64,000 nt of DNA. Origin: Waterburya sp. GTDB taxonomy: Bacteria; Cyanobacteriota; Cyanobacteriia; Cyanobacteriales; Xenococcaceae. Where the stretch lies: contig CBDCJV010000002.1 in NCBI GenBank assembly GCA_965217895.1, positions 3,616,001 to 3,680,000 of the forward strand. The letters are read 5' to 3'. Made by a program: the position numbers and the translations under genes. Under the pieces are notes generated by a model, which saw only the letters and a program-made list of their open reading frames with translations, did not search any database and was not told where the DNA came from. Positions 54,511-64,000 of this stretch are shown here, one piece after another. The stretch's first letter is position 1. Every line of letters begins with the position of its first letter.

Positions 54511-57129
54511 ATGCAACCAAACAACCCGCAAAAATTTACCGCCAAGGCTTGGCAGGCGATCGCCAATGTTCAAGACATCGCTAAACAAAGTCAACAACAA
54601 CAGGTAGAAACAGAACACCTGTTTAAATCTTTAATTGAAGAAGAAGGATTAGCCAGCAGTATTTTCAACAAGGCTGATGTCAGCGTGCAGCTATTGCGTA
54701 ATAAAGTTGACCAGTTTATCAATAGTCAGCCAAAAGTAAGCAATGCTAACGGTAGCGTTTTTTTAGGACGTAGTTTAGACAGTTTGTTAGATCGCTCGGA
54801 AAAATATCGTACTGAATTTGATGACGATTATATTTCCATTGAGCATTTAGTTTTAGGTTTTGCCCAAGATGATCGCTTTGGACGTAAACTACTACAAGAG
54901 GTTGGCTTAAGCGAAAAACAACTTAAAGAAATTATTAAACAGGTGCGTGGAAAGCAAAAAGTGACGGATCAAAATCCTGAAGGAAAGTATGATGCCCTAG
55001 AAAAGTATGGGCGAGAGCTAACTCAACTTGCCAGAGAGGGTAAATTAGATCCTGTCATTGGTCGTGATGAAGAAATTCGCCGTACCATTCAAATATTATC
55101 TCGTCGTACCAAAAATAACCCTGTACTCATTGGTGAGCCTGGAGTTGGTAAAACCGCCATTGTCGAAGGATTGGCACAAAGAATTATCAATCGTGACGTG
55201 CCTGAGTCTTTGCGCGATCGCACTGTTGTGGCTTTAGATATGGGTGCATTAATCGCTGGTGCAAAGCTAAGAGGTGAGTTTGAAGAACGCCTCAAAGCCG
55301 TCCTTAAAGAGGTTACCGAATCTCAAGGCAACATTATCTTGTTTATCGATGAAATCCATACCGTTGTGGGTGCAGGTGCAGCTCAAGGTTCAATGGATGC
55401 AGGCAACATACTCAAGCCTATGTTAGCTAGAGGAGAATTGCGCTGTATTGGGGCTACTACCCTAGATGAATATCGTAAATACATTGAGAAAGACGCAGCT
55501 TTAGAAAGACGTTTTCAGTCTGTATTAGTAGATGAACCCAACGTAATCGATACTATTTCTATTTTGCGCGGGCTAAAAGAACGCTATGAAGGACACCACG
55601 GGGTAACAATTGCCGATACGGCTTTAGTTGCTGCTGCTAGTTTGTCCAACCGCTATATTAGCGATCGCTTTTTACCAGATAAGGCGATCGACCTAGTAGA
55701 CGAAGCGGGAGCAAAACTAAAGATGGAAATCACTTCTAAGCCTGAAGAGTTAGACGAAGTTGACCGCAAGATTCTGCAACTAGAAATGGAAAGACTGTCT
55801 TTAGAAAAAGAAGATAATCCCATATCTAAAGAAAGGTTAGAAAAGCTAGAAAAAGAATTAGCCGATCTTAAAGAAGAACAGTCGGAAATCAACGCTCAAT
55901 GGCAGTCAGAAAAAGAAGTCATCGACCAAATTCGCGCTCTTAAAGAAGAAATTAATGCCGTTAATTTAGAAATTGAGCAGTCGGAAAGAGCTTACGATCT
56001 AAATCGTGCTGCCGAATTACGTCATGGTAAATTACCCAAACTCCAAGAAGAAGTTGTTGAAATAGAACAGAAGCTAGCAGCAAAACAAACCAGTGGTAAT
56101 TCCCTACTGCGAGAAGAAGTATTAGAGTCTGACATTGCCGAAATTATTGCTAAGTGGACAGGCATACCGCTTAAAAAACTGATTGAATCTGAAAAATCTA
56201 AGCTGCTAAATCTAGAGGCTGAACTCCATGAACGAGTAATCGGTCAAGAAGAAGCTGTAAGCGCGGTTGCCGATTCGATTCAACGTTCTCGCGCAGGCTT
56301 AGCCGATCCTCAACGTCCTACCGCTAGCTTTATTTTCCTCGGCCCAACTGGAGTAGGTAAAACTGAACTAGCCAAGGCTTTGGCTAAAAGTCTATTTGAT
56401 ACAGAAGAGGCTTTAGTTCGCATTGATATGTCTGAGTATATGGAGAAACATTCCGTATCTCGTTTGGTCGGTGCGCCTCCAGGATATGTGGGTTATGACG
56501 AAGGAGGACAGTTAACCGAAGCAATTCGTCGTCGTCCTTATTCCGTGATTCTGTTTGACGAAATCGAAAAAGCTCATCCTGATGTCTTTAACATCATGCT
56601 GCAAGTTCTCGATGACGGCAGGTTAACAGATTCTCAAGGGCGTACCGTAGACTTTACCAATACAATTATCATCATGACCAGTAATATTGGTTCCCAGTAC
56701 ATCCTAGATGTATCAGGGGATGATAGTCAGTATGAAGAAATGCGATCGCGAGTCATGAACGCGATGCGGGATAACTTCCGTCCTGAATTCCTCAATCGGA
56801 TTGACGAAATTATCATCTTCCATGCTTTAGTCAAAGAACAGTTACGCAATATTGTTCAAATACAGGTTAAAGGTTTAGAAAGCCGTTTGGCAGAACAAAA
56901 GCTGTCTTTGAAAATTTCCGATGCTGCTTTAGATTATCTGGCAGAGTTGGGTTACGACCCCGTATACGGTGCCAGACCTCTAAAACGCGCTATTTCCAGA
57001 TACTTAGAGACAGCGATCGCCAAATCTATTTTACGAGGAGAATACAATCCTGGCGACACTATCTTTGTGGATGTAGAAGGAGAAAGATTAATCTTTAAAC
57101 GTCTATCAGTAGAAATGCTGACCAAGTAA
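54511..57129 (+). CDS. clpB: ATP-dependent chaperone ClpB
   Basis: Two AAA+ modules ([16 protein letters not shown]), M-domain coiled coil and GARPL. Confidence 0.97.
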   Translation: MQPNNPQKFTAKAWQAIANVQDIAKQSQQQQVETEHLFKSLIEEEGLASSIFNKADVSVQLLRNKVDQFINSQPKVSNANGSVFLGRSLDSLLDRSEKYRTEFDDDYISIEHLVLGFAQDDRFGRKLLQEVGLSEKQLKEIIKQVRGKQKVTDQNPEGKYDALEKYGRELTQLAREGKLDPVIGRDEEIRRTIQILSRRTKNNPVLIGEPGVGKTAIVEGLAQRIINRDVPESLRDRTVVALDMGALIAGAKLRGEFEERLKAVLKEVTESQGNIILFIDEIHTVVGAGAAQGSMDAGNILKPMLARGELRCIGATTLDEYRKYIEKDAALERRFQSVLVDEPNVIDTISILRGLKERYEGHHGVTIADTALVAAASLSNRYISDRFLPDKAIDLVDEAGAKLKMEITSKPEELDEVDRKILQLEMERLSLEKEDNPISKERLEKLEKELADLKEEQSEINAQWQSEKEVIDQIRALKEEINAVNLEIEQSERAYDLNRAAELRHGKLPKLQEEVVEIEQKLAAKQTSGNSLLREEVLESDIAEIIAKWTGIPLKKLIESEKSKLLNLEAELHERVIGQEEAVSAVADSIQRSRAGLADPQRPTASFIFLGPTGVGKTELAKALAKSLFDTEEALVRIDMSEYMEKHSVSRLVGAPPGYVGYDEGGQLTEAIRRRPYSVILFDEIEKAHPDVFNIMLQVLDDGRLTDSQGRTVDFTNTIIIMTSNIGSQYILDVSGDDSQYEEMRSRVMNAMRDNFRPEFLNRIDEIIIFHALVKEQLRNIVQIQVKGLESRLAEQKLSLKISDAALDYLAELGYDPVYGARPLKRAISRYLETAIAKSILRGEYNPGDTIFVDVEGERLIFKRLSVEMLTK

Positions 57130-57347
57130 TTGGCAAATACTTCAATCCAATAAACAGCAATTTTAGAGATCAAGGTAAACAGTCTTACGCCTTGATTTCT
57201 ATTTTTTTGATATTACTAGCCTATTTAAGCAGTTTTTCCACAGAATTATATCCAGACTTTTTCTTGATATCAGTCTATATAGGGTAGATATACAGAAAGT
57301 TTCTGTATAATAAGTATAGTTAGACCGCGAGATGGGCTTTCTCGACG

Positions 57348-57989
57348 ATGAGAACATGTATGACAACTACTACGAACACAAACAGTAGGGTCGTTATTGC
57401 CTACGATATGAATCTTGAAAACTTTCAGATGGCAACCGCGATTCGGGGAGTGCTGGAGTTTTACGGTCTTCAAGTTACTTTGGTGTGGCTCAATGAAAAG
57501 CAGAATACGATCAATTTTTTTGCAGGACACGCCCTAAAAGCTGATTACACAATCCTCTGTGCCCACGGCATTGGGAAAGAGAATCGTATCTGGCTAATGG
57601 TTGTTGAGAAGGTAGTCGGGACGAAATACAGGTACGAGGAGGTAGAGTTCAACCTGACCCCAAATAACATCGAAAACTATGTCAAGAATGCTGGCGGGAC
57701 GTTTATCACTACAGCCTGCGACTCTGGCTGTAAAGGGTTCGCGAAAGCCTTTTTAGATGTAGGCTACCGTGCATTTATTGCCCCCAGTTTAGCAGTAGAC
57801 TTAAGTTCCGCCGTGCTGTTCATCTGCGGCTTCTTCTGCAATATGCTTGCTCACGATCGTGATATCCATAAAGCCACCTACACGGAACGTGAGGCGGTTG
57901 AGCGCGCAGCAGCGATCCAGCCATTCCCAGACGGAACCGCCGCTTTCCAGTACTTCGGCAGAGACAACAACGGGTGCATAGCGGTCTAA
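57348..57989 (+). CDS. Gene-cassette protein with caspase/CHAT-like His-Cys dyad motifs
   Basis: ILCAHG and ITTACDSG; visibly more GC-rich than its neighbours; stop codon overlaps the attC R'' box. Confidence 0.6.
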   Translation: MRTCMTTTTNTNSRVVIAYDMNLENFQMATAIRGVLEFYGLQVTLVWLNEKQNTINFFAGHALKADYTILCAHGIGKENRIWLMVVEKVVGTKYRYEEVEFNLTPNNIENYVKNAGGTFITTACDSGCKGFAKAFLDVGYRAFIAPSLAVDLSSAVLFICGFFCNMLAHDRDIHKATYTEREAVERAAAIQPFPDGTAAFQYFGRDNNGCIAV

Positions 57990-58070
57990 CAATCCCAATG
58001 CACCAGAACAAAGTCAAGCGATCTGTGAACTACAAAGGATATCTGTGTCCAGTGATTGGAACCGTTATAT
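57984..58070 (+). mobile_element. Integron attC site
   Basis: R'' GTCTAAC, L'' CAATGCAC vs L' GTGATTG (extrahelical G), R' GTTATAT; the cassette starts with GTTAGAC at 57319, the exact reverse complement of R''. Confidence 0.75.
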
Positions 58071-58260
58071 CGAAAGAATATCAGGAGGTTTTATTCCAAT
58101 GACTGATGCACCTTTATATTCTTGGCTTGATCGCGAATAGAACTGCTAGTAAAATCATTGAGCTTTCCTAATTTCCTCAGAAGTCTAAACAGTCACCACC
58201 CAAAAACGAAGCACGGATCAGTTTTTCAAGATTCAATTTCAAGGCATAGCAGGTTGATAG

Positions 58261-58381
58261 CCCCGTATACGGTGTAAGACCTCTAAAACGCTCTATCTTC
58301 CGCTATTTAGAAACGGCGAACGCCAAATCTATTTTGCGGGGAGAATACAATCCTGGCGACACTATCTTTGTGGATGTAGAA
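58261..58381 (+). repeat. Diverged duplicate of clpB 3' coding segment (56958-57078)
   Basis: CCCCGTATACGGTG..AGACCTCTAAAACGC...GGAGAATACAATCCTGGCGACACTATCTTTGTGGATGTAGAA occurs in both. Confidence 0.9.
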
Positions 58382-58420
58382 ATCGTTGCCCATGCCTTTC
58401 AAAATACATACAATATATGT

Positions 58421-58687
58421 ATGACCTTTGAATATGATCCTCAAAAAGCCCAAACAAATTGGCAAAAGCATGGTGTTTCACTTGCTGAAGCTGAATTGGT
58501 GTTTTTTGATCCTCTTGCCATTCATGACGCTGATCCTGATTCAATCGGTGAGGAACGCTTCATCGCAGTGGGAATAGGAAACTCAGGACTACTCTTGGTC
58601 GTTGTTTATACAATGCGTGGTGATGCAGTGCGCTTAATTTCTGCTCGTCGCGCAACTCGACAGGAGATAAAAGCTTATGAGAAATGA
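58421..58687 (+). CDS. BrnT family toxin
   Basis: MTFEYDPQKAQTNWQKHGVS...EERF..G...VVYT.R...RLISARRA; start corrected to ATG 58421. Confidence 0.9.
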   Translation: MTFEYDPQKAQTNWQKHGVSLAEAELVFFDPLAIHDADPDSIGEERFIAVGIGNSGLLLVVVYTMRGDAVRLISARRATRQEIKAYEK

Positions 58688-58958
58688 ATATGATTTTTCA
58701 AAAGGAAAACGTGGTGCCGTTATTCCATCTACGGGTAAAACACGCATCACGATTTACTTGGACGACGATATCTTAGACAGTTTTCGGCAAAAAGCAGAAG
58801 CTAAGGGTCTTGGTTATCAAACCTTGATCAATGAAGCATTGAAGACTCATCTAAAAAAGCCAGCAAAACAGCCGTTGACAGAAAATGATCTTCGTCGTGT
58901 TCTTCGAGAAGAGTTAATTCAGTCACATAACTCGTCTCAAGCTATTGGTAATGCCTAA
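58677..58958 (+). CDS. BrnA family antitoxin
   Basis: MRNEYDFSKGKRG...KTRITIYLDDDI...GYQTLINEAL. Confidence 0.9.
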   Translation: MRNEYDFSKGKRGAVIPSTGKTRITIYLDDDILDSFRQKAEAKGLGYQTLINEALKTHLKKPAKQPLTENDLRRVLREELIQSHNSSQAIGNA

Positions 58959-59044
58959 CAATCCTATGGAAGAGACGCTCGAAACACTCTACTAATCGAT
59001 GCTTGAAATTAGTTCTCGCGCCCCTGATGGGGTGGTCGTTATAC
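58953..59044 (+). mobile_element. Degenerate attC-like site after brnA
   Basis: GCCTAAC overlapping the stop, the same AATCC spacer as the first attC, imperfect internal palindrome, terminal GTTATAC. Confidence 0.55.
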
Positions 59045-59171
59045 GGCTTCGTTTTTAGGTAGTGACTGGAAAACCGATCCGTGTCTCGGTTTTTCAAGAT
59101 TCAACCTCAGAATAATATTCAGACTTTTTCTTGATATCATTCAACATAGGAAAGATTAACCTTTTAGGAAA

Positions 59172-59567
59172 TTAATTATCAATCACTGCAATACATTCAA
59201 TTTCAACCAAGACATCTTTTGGTAAACGAGAAACTTCAACACAGGCACGGGCTGGGGCTGTATCTTCGGCAAAATATTGGGCATAAACTTGATTCATTGG
59301 GGCAAAATTGGCTAAATCAGTCAAGAAAACGCTAGTTTTAACCACATTATCCCAATTAGCTTGAGCCTCTGTAAGTATTGCCTCAATATTGCTCATTACC
59401 TGCTTAGTTTGAGCGGTGATATCTTTTGCGCCCACAATATTTCCTGACTGGGGATCTAAAGGTATTTGTCCTGCAATAAAGAGCATTTGACCAGAAGCAG
59501 CGATCGCCTGATTATAGGGACCCACTGGGGCGGGAGCGTGATTAGTGCGAATCACTTTTTTAGACAT
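59172..59567 (-). CDS. ridA: RidA/YjgF family enamine deaminase
   Basis: [18 protein letters not shown] and [20 protein letters not shown]. Confidence 0.9.
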   Translation of the reverse strand: MSKKVIRTNHAPAPVGPYNQAIAASGQMLFIAGQIPLDPQSGNIVGAKDITAQTKQVMSNIEAILTEAQANWDNVVKTSVFLTDLANFAPMNQVYAQYFAEDTAPARACVEVSRLPKDVLVEIECIAVIDN

Positions 59568-60468
59568 AGGGGCTAAGAATCAATCCTAATATTAGTAACA
59601 ATGAGCTAGAAAGATAGAGATTTATGGCAATAAACTTGCTATTGCTTACTTTCTGGGGCAAGTGGTGATTTTGATTGACGTGGCTTACGAGTTGATAAGC
59701 AAAAGGAAGACTGCCAAAAATAATAAGGCTTAAAAGTGGAAGTGTACCTGTAATAACCAAAATTACTGTCAGAATATAAATACTGGCGGTAAGAGCAGCC
59801 AATACCTTTGCGCCTTTACTAGTTCCTAAACGGACAATAGGCGATCGCTTGCCAGCAGCCAAATCGTCTTCTACCTGATGAAAATGGGAACAAAATAAAA
59901 TAATTGTGGTGCTGATCCCAACTATGGTCGATATTGCTAGGTTACTGCCTGAAAATGTCTGAGTTTGAGCATAATATGCTGCCGATACTGCACCAGGACC
60001 AAAGGTAAAGAAACAAATTATTTCTCCTAAGCCGAGATAGCCCAGACGAAAAGGAGGACCTTGATAGATGTAGCCTAAAAAACAACAAAGCAGTACTAGC
60101 CCTAATACAGTAGAGTCCTGCTGTTGCCAAGAAAGAGTTAAAATACCTAATATGCCGAGAATCAGACAGAAATTTGCCATCCAGAAAACTAGAGATTTAT
60201 TGCCTGTCAAATTGACTACCGAGTGGTCTTTATGGATATCAATACCAGTTTCTGAGTCAAAGACATCATTACTGAGATTTAGCCAGGCAATAATCAAAAT
60301 TGCCGAGCCTAGAAAAGTAAAAAATATCTGGGAATTAAACAGATGAGTTTGGGCAAAAGCTACTGCTGTACCGAGCGCAATCGGCACGATCGCTACACTG
60401 TACATTGGTGGTTTAATAGCAGCTAGCCACAACTTAGATTTTTGTTGAGTTATTTGCTTAGTAGTCAT
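59560..60468 (-). CDS. menA: 1,4-dihydroxy-2-naphthoate phytyltransferase
   Basis: [33 protein letters not shown] and DDLAAGKRS. Confidence 0.9.
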   Translation of the reverse strand: MTTKQITQQKSKLWLAAIKPPMYSVAIVPIALGTAVAFAQTHLFNSQIFFTFLGSAILIIAWLNLSNDVFDSETGIDIHKDHSVVNLTGNKSLVFWMANFCLILGILGILTLSWQQQDSTVLGLVLLCCFLGYIYQGPPFRLGYLGLGEIICFFTFGPGAVSAAYYAQTQTFSGSNLAISTIVGISTTIILFCSHFHQVEDDLAAGKRSPIVRLGTSKGAKVLAALTASIYILTVILVITGTLPLLSLIIFGSLPFAYQLVSHVNQNHHLPQKVSNSKFIAINLYLSSSLLLILGLILSPYV

Positions 60469-60767
60469 AAAAATAATGAAGCGAGCAGAAAGTGCGATCG
60501 CTTCGCTCTGAAGACGACCTTTAATACACTATCAGGTATAGCTATAAGGTGTTTATCGAGTTTCACGAAAGTTTATCTTCTGCCTCATTTTTTTCTTTTC
60601 TGGTCGATCGAGCTGAAGCTACTCAAAGCTGTGTATTGCATTGATTTACTATGACTATTGCAGCTAGTAGCCTATAATAAATATCATAAATTTGCTTTTT
60701 TTTATTAGTTATTTACTAATAGATAGTCTGCTAAATATTATTTGGTAATTTTGCTGCCGAAACTTTT

Positions 60768-62219
60768 TTGAGAATGACACAATTTAAAAACTCTATGTCC
60801 TTTTTAACTCAGTCTAATAATTTAGTTTTAGAAGATAATCATGCGAAATTTGAAAACTTTTGGCTTAATAACAAATTAGATTTTGTAGTAACTAAAGATA
60901 CAAAAATTATTAGCTTTGCCTGTCAAATTCCTAGCGTCGATCCTCTTGCTTGCTTACAAAGTTTTAGTCATACTAATACTCTACATTTTTATTGGGAAAA
61001 CCGTAGTAAGCAAGAAGCAGTAGCTGCTTGGGGCATTGCTCGTCAAAATTATACGGGGTCTAAATCGCGATTTGACATAGCACAGAGTTTTGTACAAGAG
61101 TGTTTTGCACAGACGATCGCAGAAGGCGAAAATACTTCAAATTTAGGCAAGCCAAGTGTATTCTGTAGCTTTACTTTTTTTGCCGATCCTAAAGAATCTG
61201 AACCATTTAAATCAGGTACATTATTTTTGCCTCGTTTTCAAATAGTTAAAAAGAACAAAAACTGCTGTTTGATCGTAAATTATCCTCTCGATCAAGGACA
61301 AGACAAAAGCCATTTTGTCAACCTTATTCAACAAAAGTTAAATAATATTAATTGGTCTGATGTCGGTCGATTGAATGTTGAGAGGGAAAACAATTTCTCG
61401 TCTTCTGAGCGAGATCGGTGTCAAGATCCTAACTATTTTAAGTCGGTAGTGGCATCTGCCCTCGATGCGATCGCTGTTGATGAGCTTAGTAAGATTGTCA
61501 TTGCCCACACCACGGATATACGCTCACCTGTCCCTTTTCGGGTAATTAAAACCCTTAGCAATCTGCGTCAGCTTCATCCAGACTGCTATATCTTTTCCAC
61601 CAGCAACGGTTCAGGACAAAACTTTATTGGTGCTAGCCCAGAGCGTTTAATTAGCGTCCAAAACAAACAGCTTGTTACCGATGCCCTAGCTGGTTCTGCT
61701 CCTAGGGGTGCAAACAACACAGAAGATTTACATTTAGGTAATTTGCTGCTCAAAAATAGAAAGGAAAAACGAGAGCATAAAGCCGTTAGTGATTTTATAA
61801 TTGAGCGTCTACAAAGTATTGGCTTAAAACCTCAGCAACTACCGCTGCAACTGCTCAAATTATCTAATATTCAACACCTCTGGACACCAATTTATGCTCA
61901 TTTACCGCCAGATATCGAACCTTTAGAAATTGTGGCTCTGCTTCATCCAACTCCTGCTGTTGCTGGGGTATCTACAAAAGTTGCCTGTGAAAAAATCCGC
62001 CGTTATGAAAGATTTGATCGCTCCTTATATGCTGCTCCTTTAGGCTGGGTAGACTCCGAAGGAAATTGCGAATTTATCGTTGGTATTCGTTCGGCATTAA
62101 TAGATGGCGATCGCGCTCGACTCTATGCAGGGGCTGGTATAGTTTCTGGCTCTAACCCAGACAAAGAATTTGATGAGGTGCAGTTGAAATTACAGTCGCT
62201 TTTGAAGGCTTTAGTTTAA
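60768..62219 (+). CDS. menF: Isochorismate synthase
   Basis: FIGASPERL, ALAGSAPRG, KEKREH, LHPTPAVAG and AGAGIVSGS; divergent from menA. Confidence 0.9.
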   Translation: MRMTQFKNSMSFLTQSNNLVLEDNHAKFENFWLNNKLDFVVTKDTKIISFACQIPSVDPLACLQSFSHTNTLHFYWENRSKQEAVAAWGIARQNYTGSKSRFDIAQSFVQECFAQTIAEGENTSNLGKPSVFCSFTFFADPKESEPFKSGTLFLPRFQIVKKNKNCCLIVNYPLDQGQDKSHFVNLIQQKLNNINWSDVGRLNVERENNFSSSERDRCQDPNYFKSVVASALDAIAVDELSKIVIAHTTDIRSPVPFRVIKTLSNLRQLHPDCYIFSTSNGSGQNFIGASPERLISVQNKQLVTDALAGSAPRGANNTEDLHLGNLLLKNRKEKREHKAVSDFIIERLQSIGLKPQQLPLQLLKLSNIQHLWTPIYAHLPPDIEPLEIVALLHPTPAVAGVSTKVACEKIRRYERFDRSLYAAPLGWVDSEGNCEFIVGIRSALIDGDRARLYAGAGIVSGSNPDKEFDEVQLKLQSLLKALV

Positions 62220-62328
62220 TAGTTGCTACTCTTCCATTAAACCTAATTTAAATTAATTATAGGGGTAATTAATATTTATCCCTACCTAAATCTTGCTATA
62301 TTAAGAAGCTATTGTCTATTTTTCGGAT

Positions 62329-64000
62329 GTGGATAAGCAAAAACCAAGGTTTATCGATCTTTTTGCTGGAATTGGAGGTTTCAGAATAGCTTTTGAACAA
62401 GCTGGATATGAATGTGTATATTCCTGTGAAATCGATTCCGCTTGTCAAGAAGTCTACTTTAATAATTTTGGCGAAAAACCGAACGGCGATATTACTAAAA
62501 TAGATATTAAGCAAATACCTGACGTTGATGTTTTAACGGCAGGTTTCCCATGTCAACCCTTTAGCATTTGTGGAAAAAGACAGGGTTTTGAAGATACAAG
62601 AGGTACTTTATTTTTTCACATCTGCAAAATTATAGAGGCAAAACGACCTAGTGTTGTACTTTTGGAAAATGTAAAGCATTTAGTTCATCACGATCGAGGA
62701 AGAACATTAGATGTCATTCTGTATTCTTTGGAATACTTGGGGTATTTGGTCGATTATAAAATATTAAATTCTAAAAATTTCAGTCTGCCACAAAATAGAG
62801 AGCGAATAATAATTATCGCAACTAAAAATAAGAAATTTGATTTTAATCAAGTTGAATCAAGCAATTCTTTAGAAAAATTAAAGGATTATCTTTGCTATAA
62901 GAGAGATTTTGAATATTTACAAACTCATGAATATACTTTAATAGATAATCCTAAACAACAAGCTTCGGGATTGATTTTTGTTGGTTATAGAAATAATAAA
63001 ACTACTTGGAAAAAAGGTGTAAGACCAAATACACAGCATCTTTCAAGAGTACACCATCAACCAAATCGTATTTATTCTGTAGAAGGCGTTCATCCTACAA
63101 TTCCATCTCAAGAAACTTCAGGAAGATTTTTTATTTACCTTCCTAATGAAAACAAAGTACGTAAATTAGCTCTAAATGAATGCTACAGAATTATGGGATT
63201 TCCCGACACATTTCAAGCACATGATTCAGTAGCAGAATGTTATAAGCAAATTGGAAATTCTGTATCTATTCCAATGATTTATCAATTGGCAGTTCAAATC
63301 AAAAAGCAACATTTATTGACAGAAAAATATAAGCAAAATAAAGAATATATTAATTTTTATAAACCAAAACCATTACAATTCAATATTTTTAAAACTATGA
63401 TGATGAATCATAAGGAAAAATTGCTAGAGATCTACAATGAAAATCTAAAATTAGAAAGTTTTTTAGATACACTACCAGAGCAAATACTTACTTATATTCA
63501 AACTATTGCTCAAAACTGTTCTAAGCAAAAAGGCGTTTATACTGTATTAACAACTTTACTAATACATAAAATTATTGAACCGACTCAAGATGTTCGATAT
63601 CATCAATCAAATATGCCTAATGGTTTCTCTGGTAGAACAGTTGATACTCAGTACATTACACCTACACTCAAAGAATTAGGATTACCTGCTATGGCAGAAA
63701 GTGGGTGGTTAACTCGCTCTTTAGAACAGCCTTATCCTTATACTTTAAATTACAATGGCAAAATTAATAATAAAGTTGTTAAGGAAGCATTTTTAAATAT
63801 TATTGACTTTGTAGAAAAAAATCCAAAGCTCACAGAAATTGTTAGTAAAATACTAATTTATCAGGTTAAACAAGCTACACAAGCTAATCAAATTTCCATA
63901 ATTAAGTTAGTTAATCCAGAAAAATTAAATATACTAACCATAGCAAACTGCTTAGATTCTCACTTTAATTATAAATATAAGGCTTTTGGAGCTTCTAAAT
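62329..64000 (+). CDS. C5-cytosine DNA methyltransferase fused to a C-terminal (putative endonuclease) domain; partial
   Basis: Manual translation from GTG 62329: FIDLFAGIGGF, AGFPCQPFS, LENV, PQNRER and YKQIGNSV, then about 240 more codons with no stop before the window end. Confidence 0.85.
   Translation, partial: MDKQKPRFIDLFAGIGGFRIAFEQAGYECVYSCEIDSACQEVYFNNFGEKPNGDITKIDIKQIPDVDVLTAGFPCQPFSICGKRQGFEDTRGTLFFHICKIIEAKRPSVVLLENVKHLVHHDRGRTLDVILYSLEYLGYLVDYKILNSKNFSLPQNRERIIIIATKNKKFDFNQVESSNSLEKLKDYLCYKRDFEYLQTHEYTLIDNPKQQASGLIFVGYRNNKTTWKKGVRPNTQHLSRVHHQPNRIYSVEGVHPTIPSQETSGRFFIYLPNENKVRKLALNECYRIMGFPDTFQAHDSVAECYKQIGNSVSIPMIYQLAVQIKKQHLLTEKYKQNKEYINFYKPKPLQFNIFKTMMMNHKEKLLEIYNENLKLESFLDTLPEQILTYIQTIAQNCSKQKGVYTVLTTLLIHKIIEPTQDVRYHQSNMPNGFSGRTVDTQYITPTLKELGLPAMAESGWLTRSLEQPYPYTLNYNGKINNKVVKEAFLNIIDFVEKNPKLTEIVSKILIYQVKQATQANQISIIKLVNPEKLNILTIANCLDSHFNYKYKAFGASK

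Noticed and set aside
58334..58420. ClpB-like N-terminus on BrnT ([16 protein letters not shown])
   Set aside because: Artefact of the duplicated clpB fragment lying in frame; BrnT starts at 58421
62296..62514. 72-aa minus-strand ORF
   Set aside because: Antisense shadow of the methyltransferase gene

Overview
AT-rich cyanobacterial chromosomal window with abundant HIP1 (GCGATCGC) sites. The housekeeping backbone includes glcE/F, ubiC-like, prk-like, crr6, fur-family, sir, futC-like, tRNA-Thr, ligA, birA, fni, rplU-rpmA, chlB, clpB, ridA, menA and menF. Five accessory regions interrupt it. (1) 9.4-14.0 kb: an island bracketed by a duplicated glcE 5' region, in which three toxin-antitoxin pairs and rmuC each follow a copy of a HIP1-anchored ~35-bp repeat; two of the three toxins are broken. 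(2) 24.7-27.4 kb: an orphan mysD-like ATP-grasp ligase, HAD hydrolase and TauD dioxygenase, with no mysABC in the window. (3) 44.7-53.8 kb: a tailoring-only biosynthetic cluster with a stand-alone ACP-sulfotransferase (CurM/Ols type), a SyrB2-type halogenase homologue with an atypical H-Q-T iron motif, a TauD/SyrP-like dioxygenase, two alpha/beta hydrolases, a probable beta-propeller protein and a TPR protein. (4) 57.2-59.2 kb: integron-type gene cassettes with attC sites but no integrase downstream of clpB, carrying a caspase/CHAT-like protein and BrnT/BrnA. (5) 62.3 kb to the end: a C5 DNA methyltransferase fused in frame to a second, possibly endonuclease, domain, missing from the ORF track. 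All product calls come from motif recognition by eye; no database searches were run.
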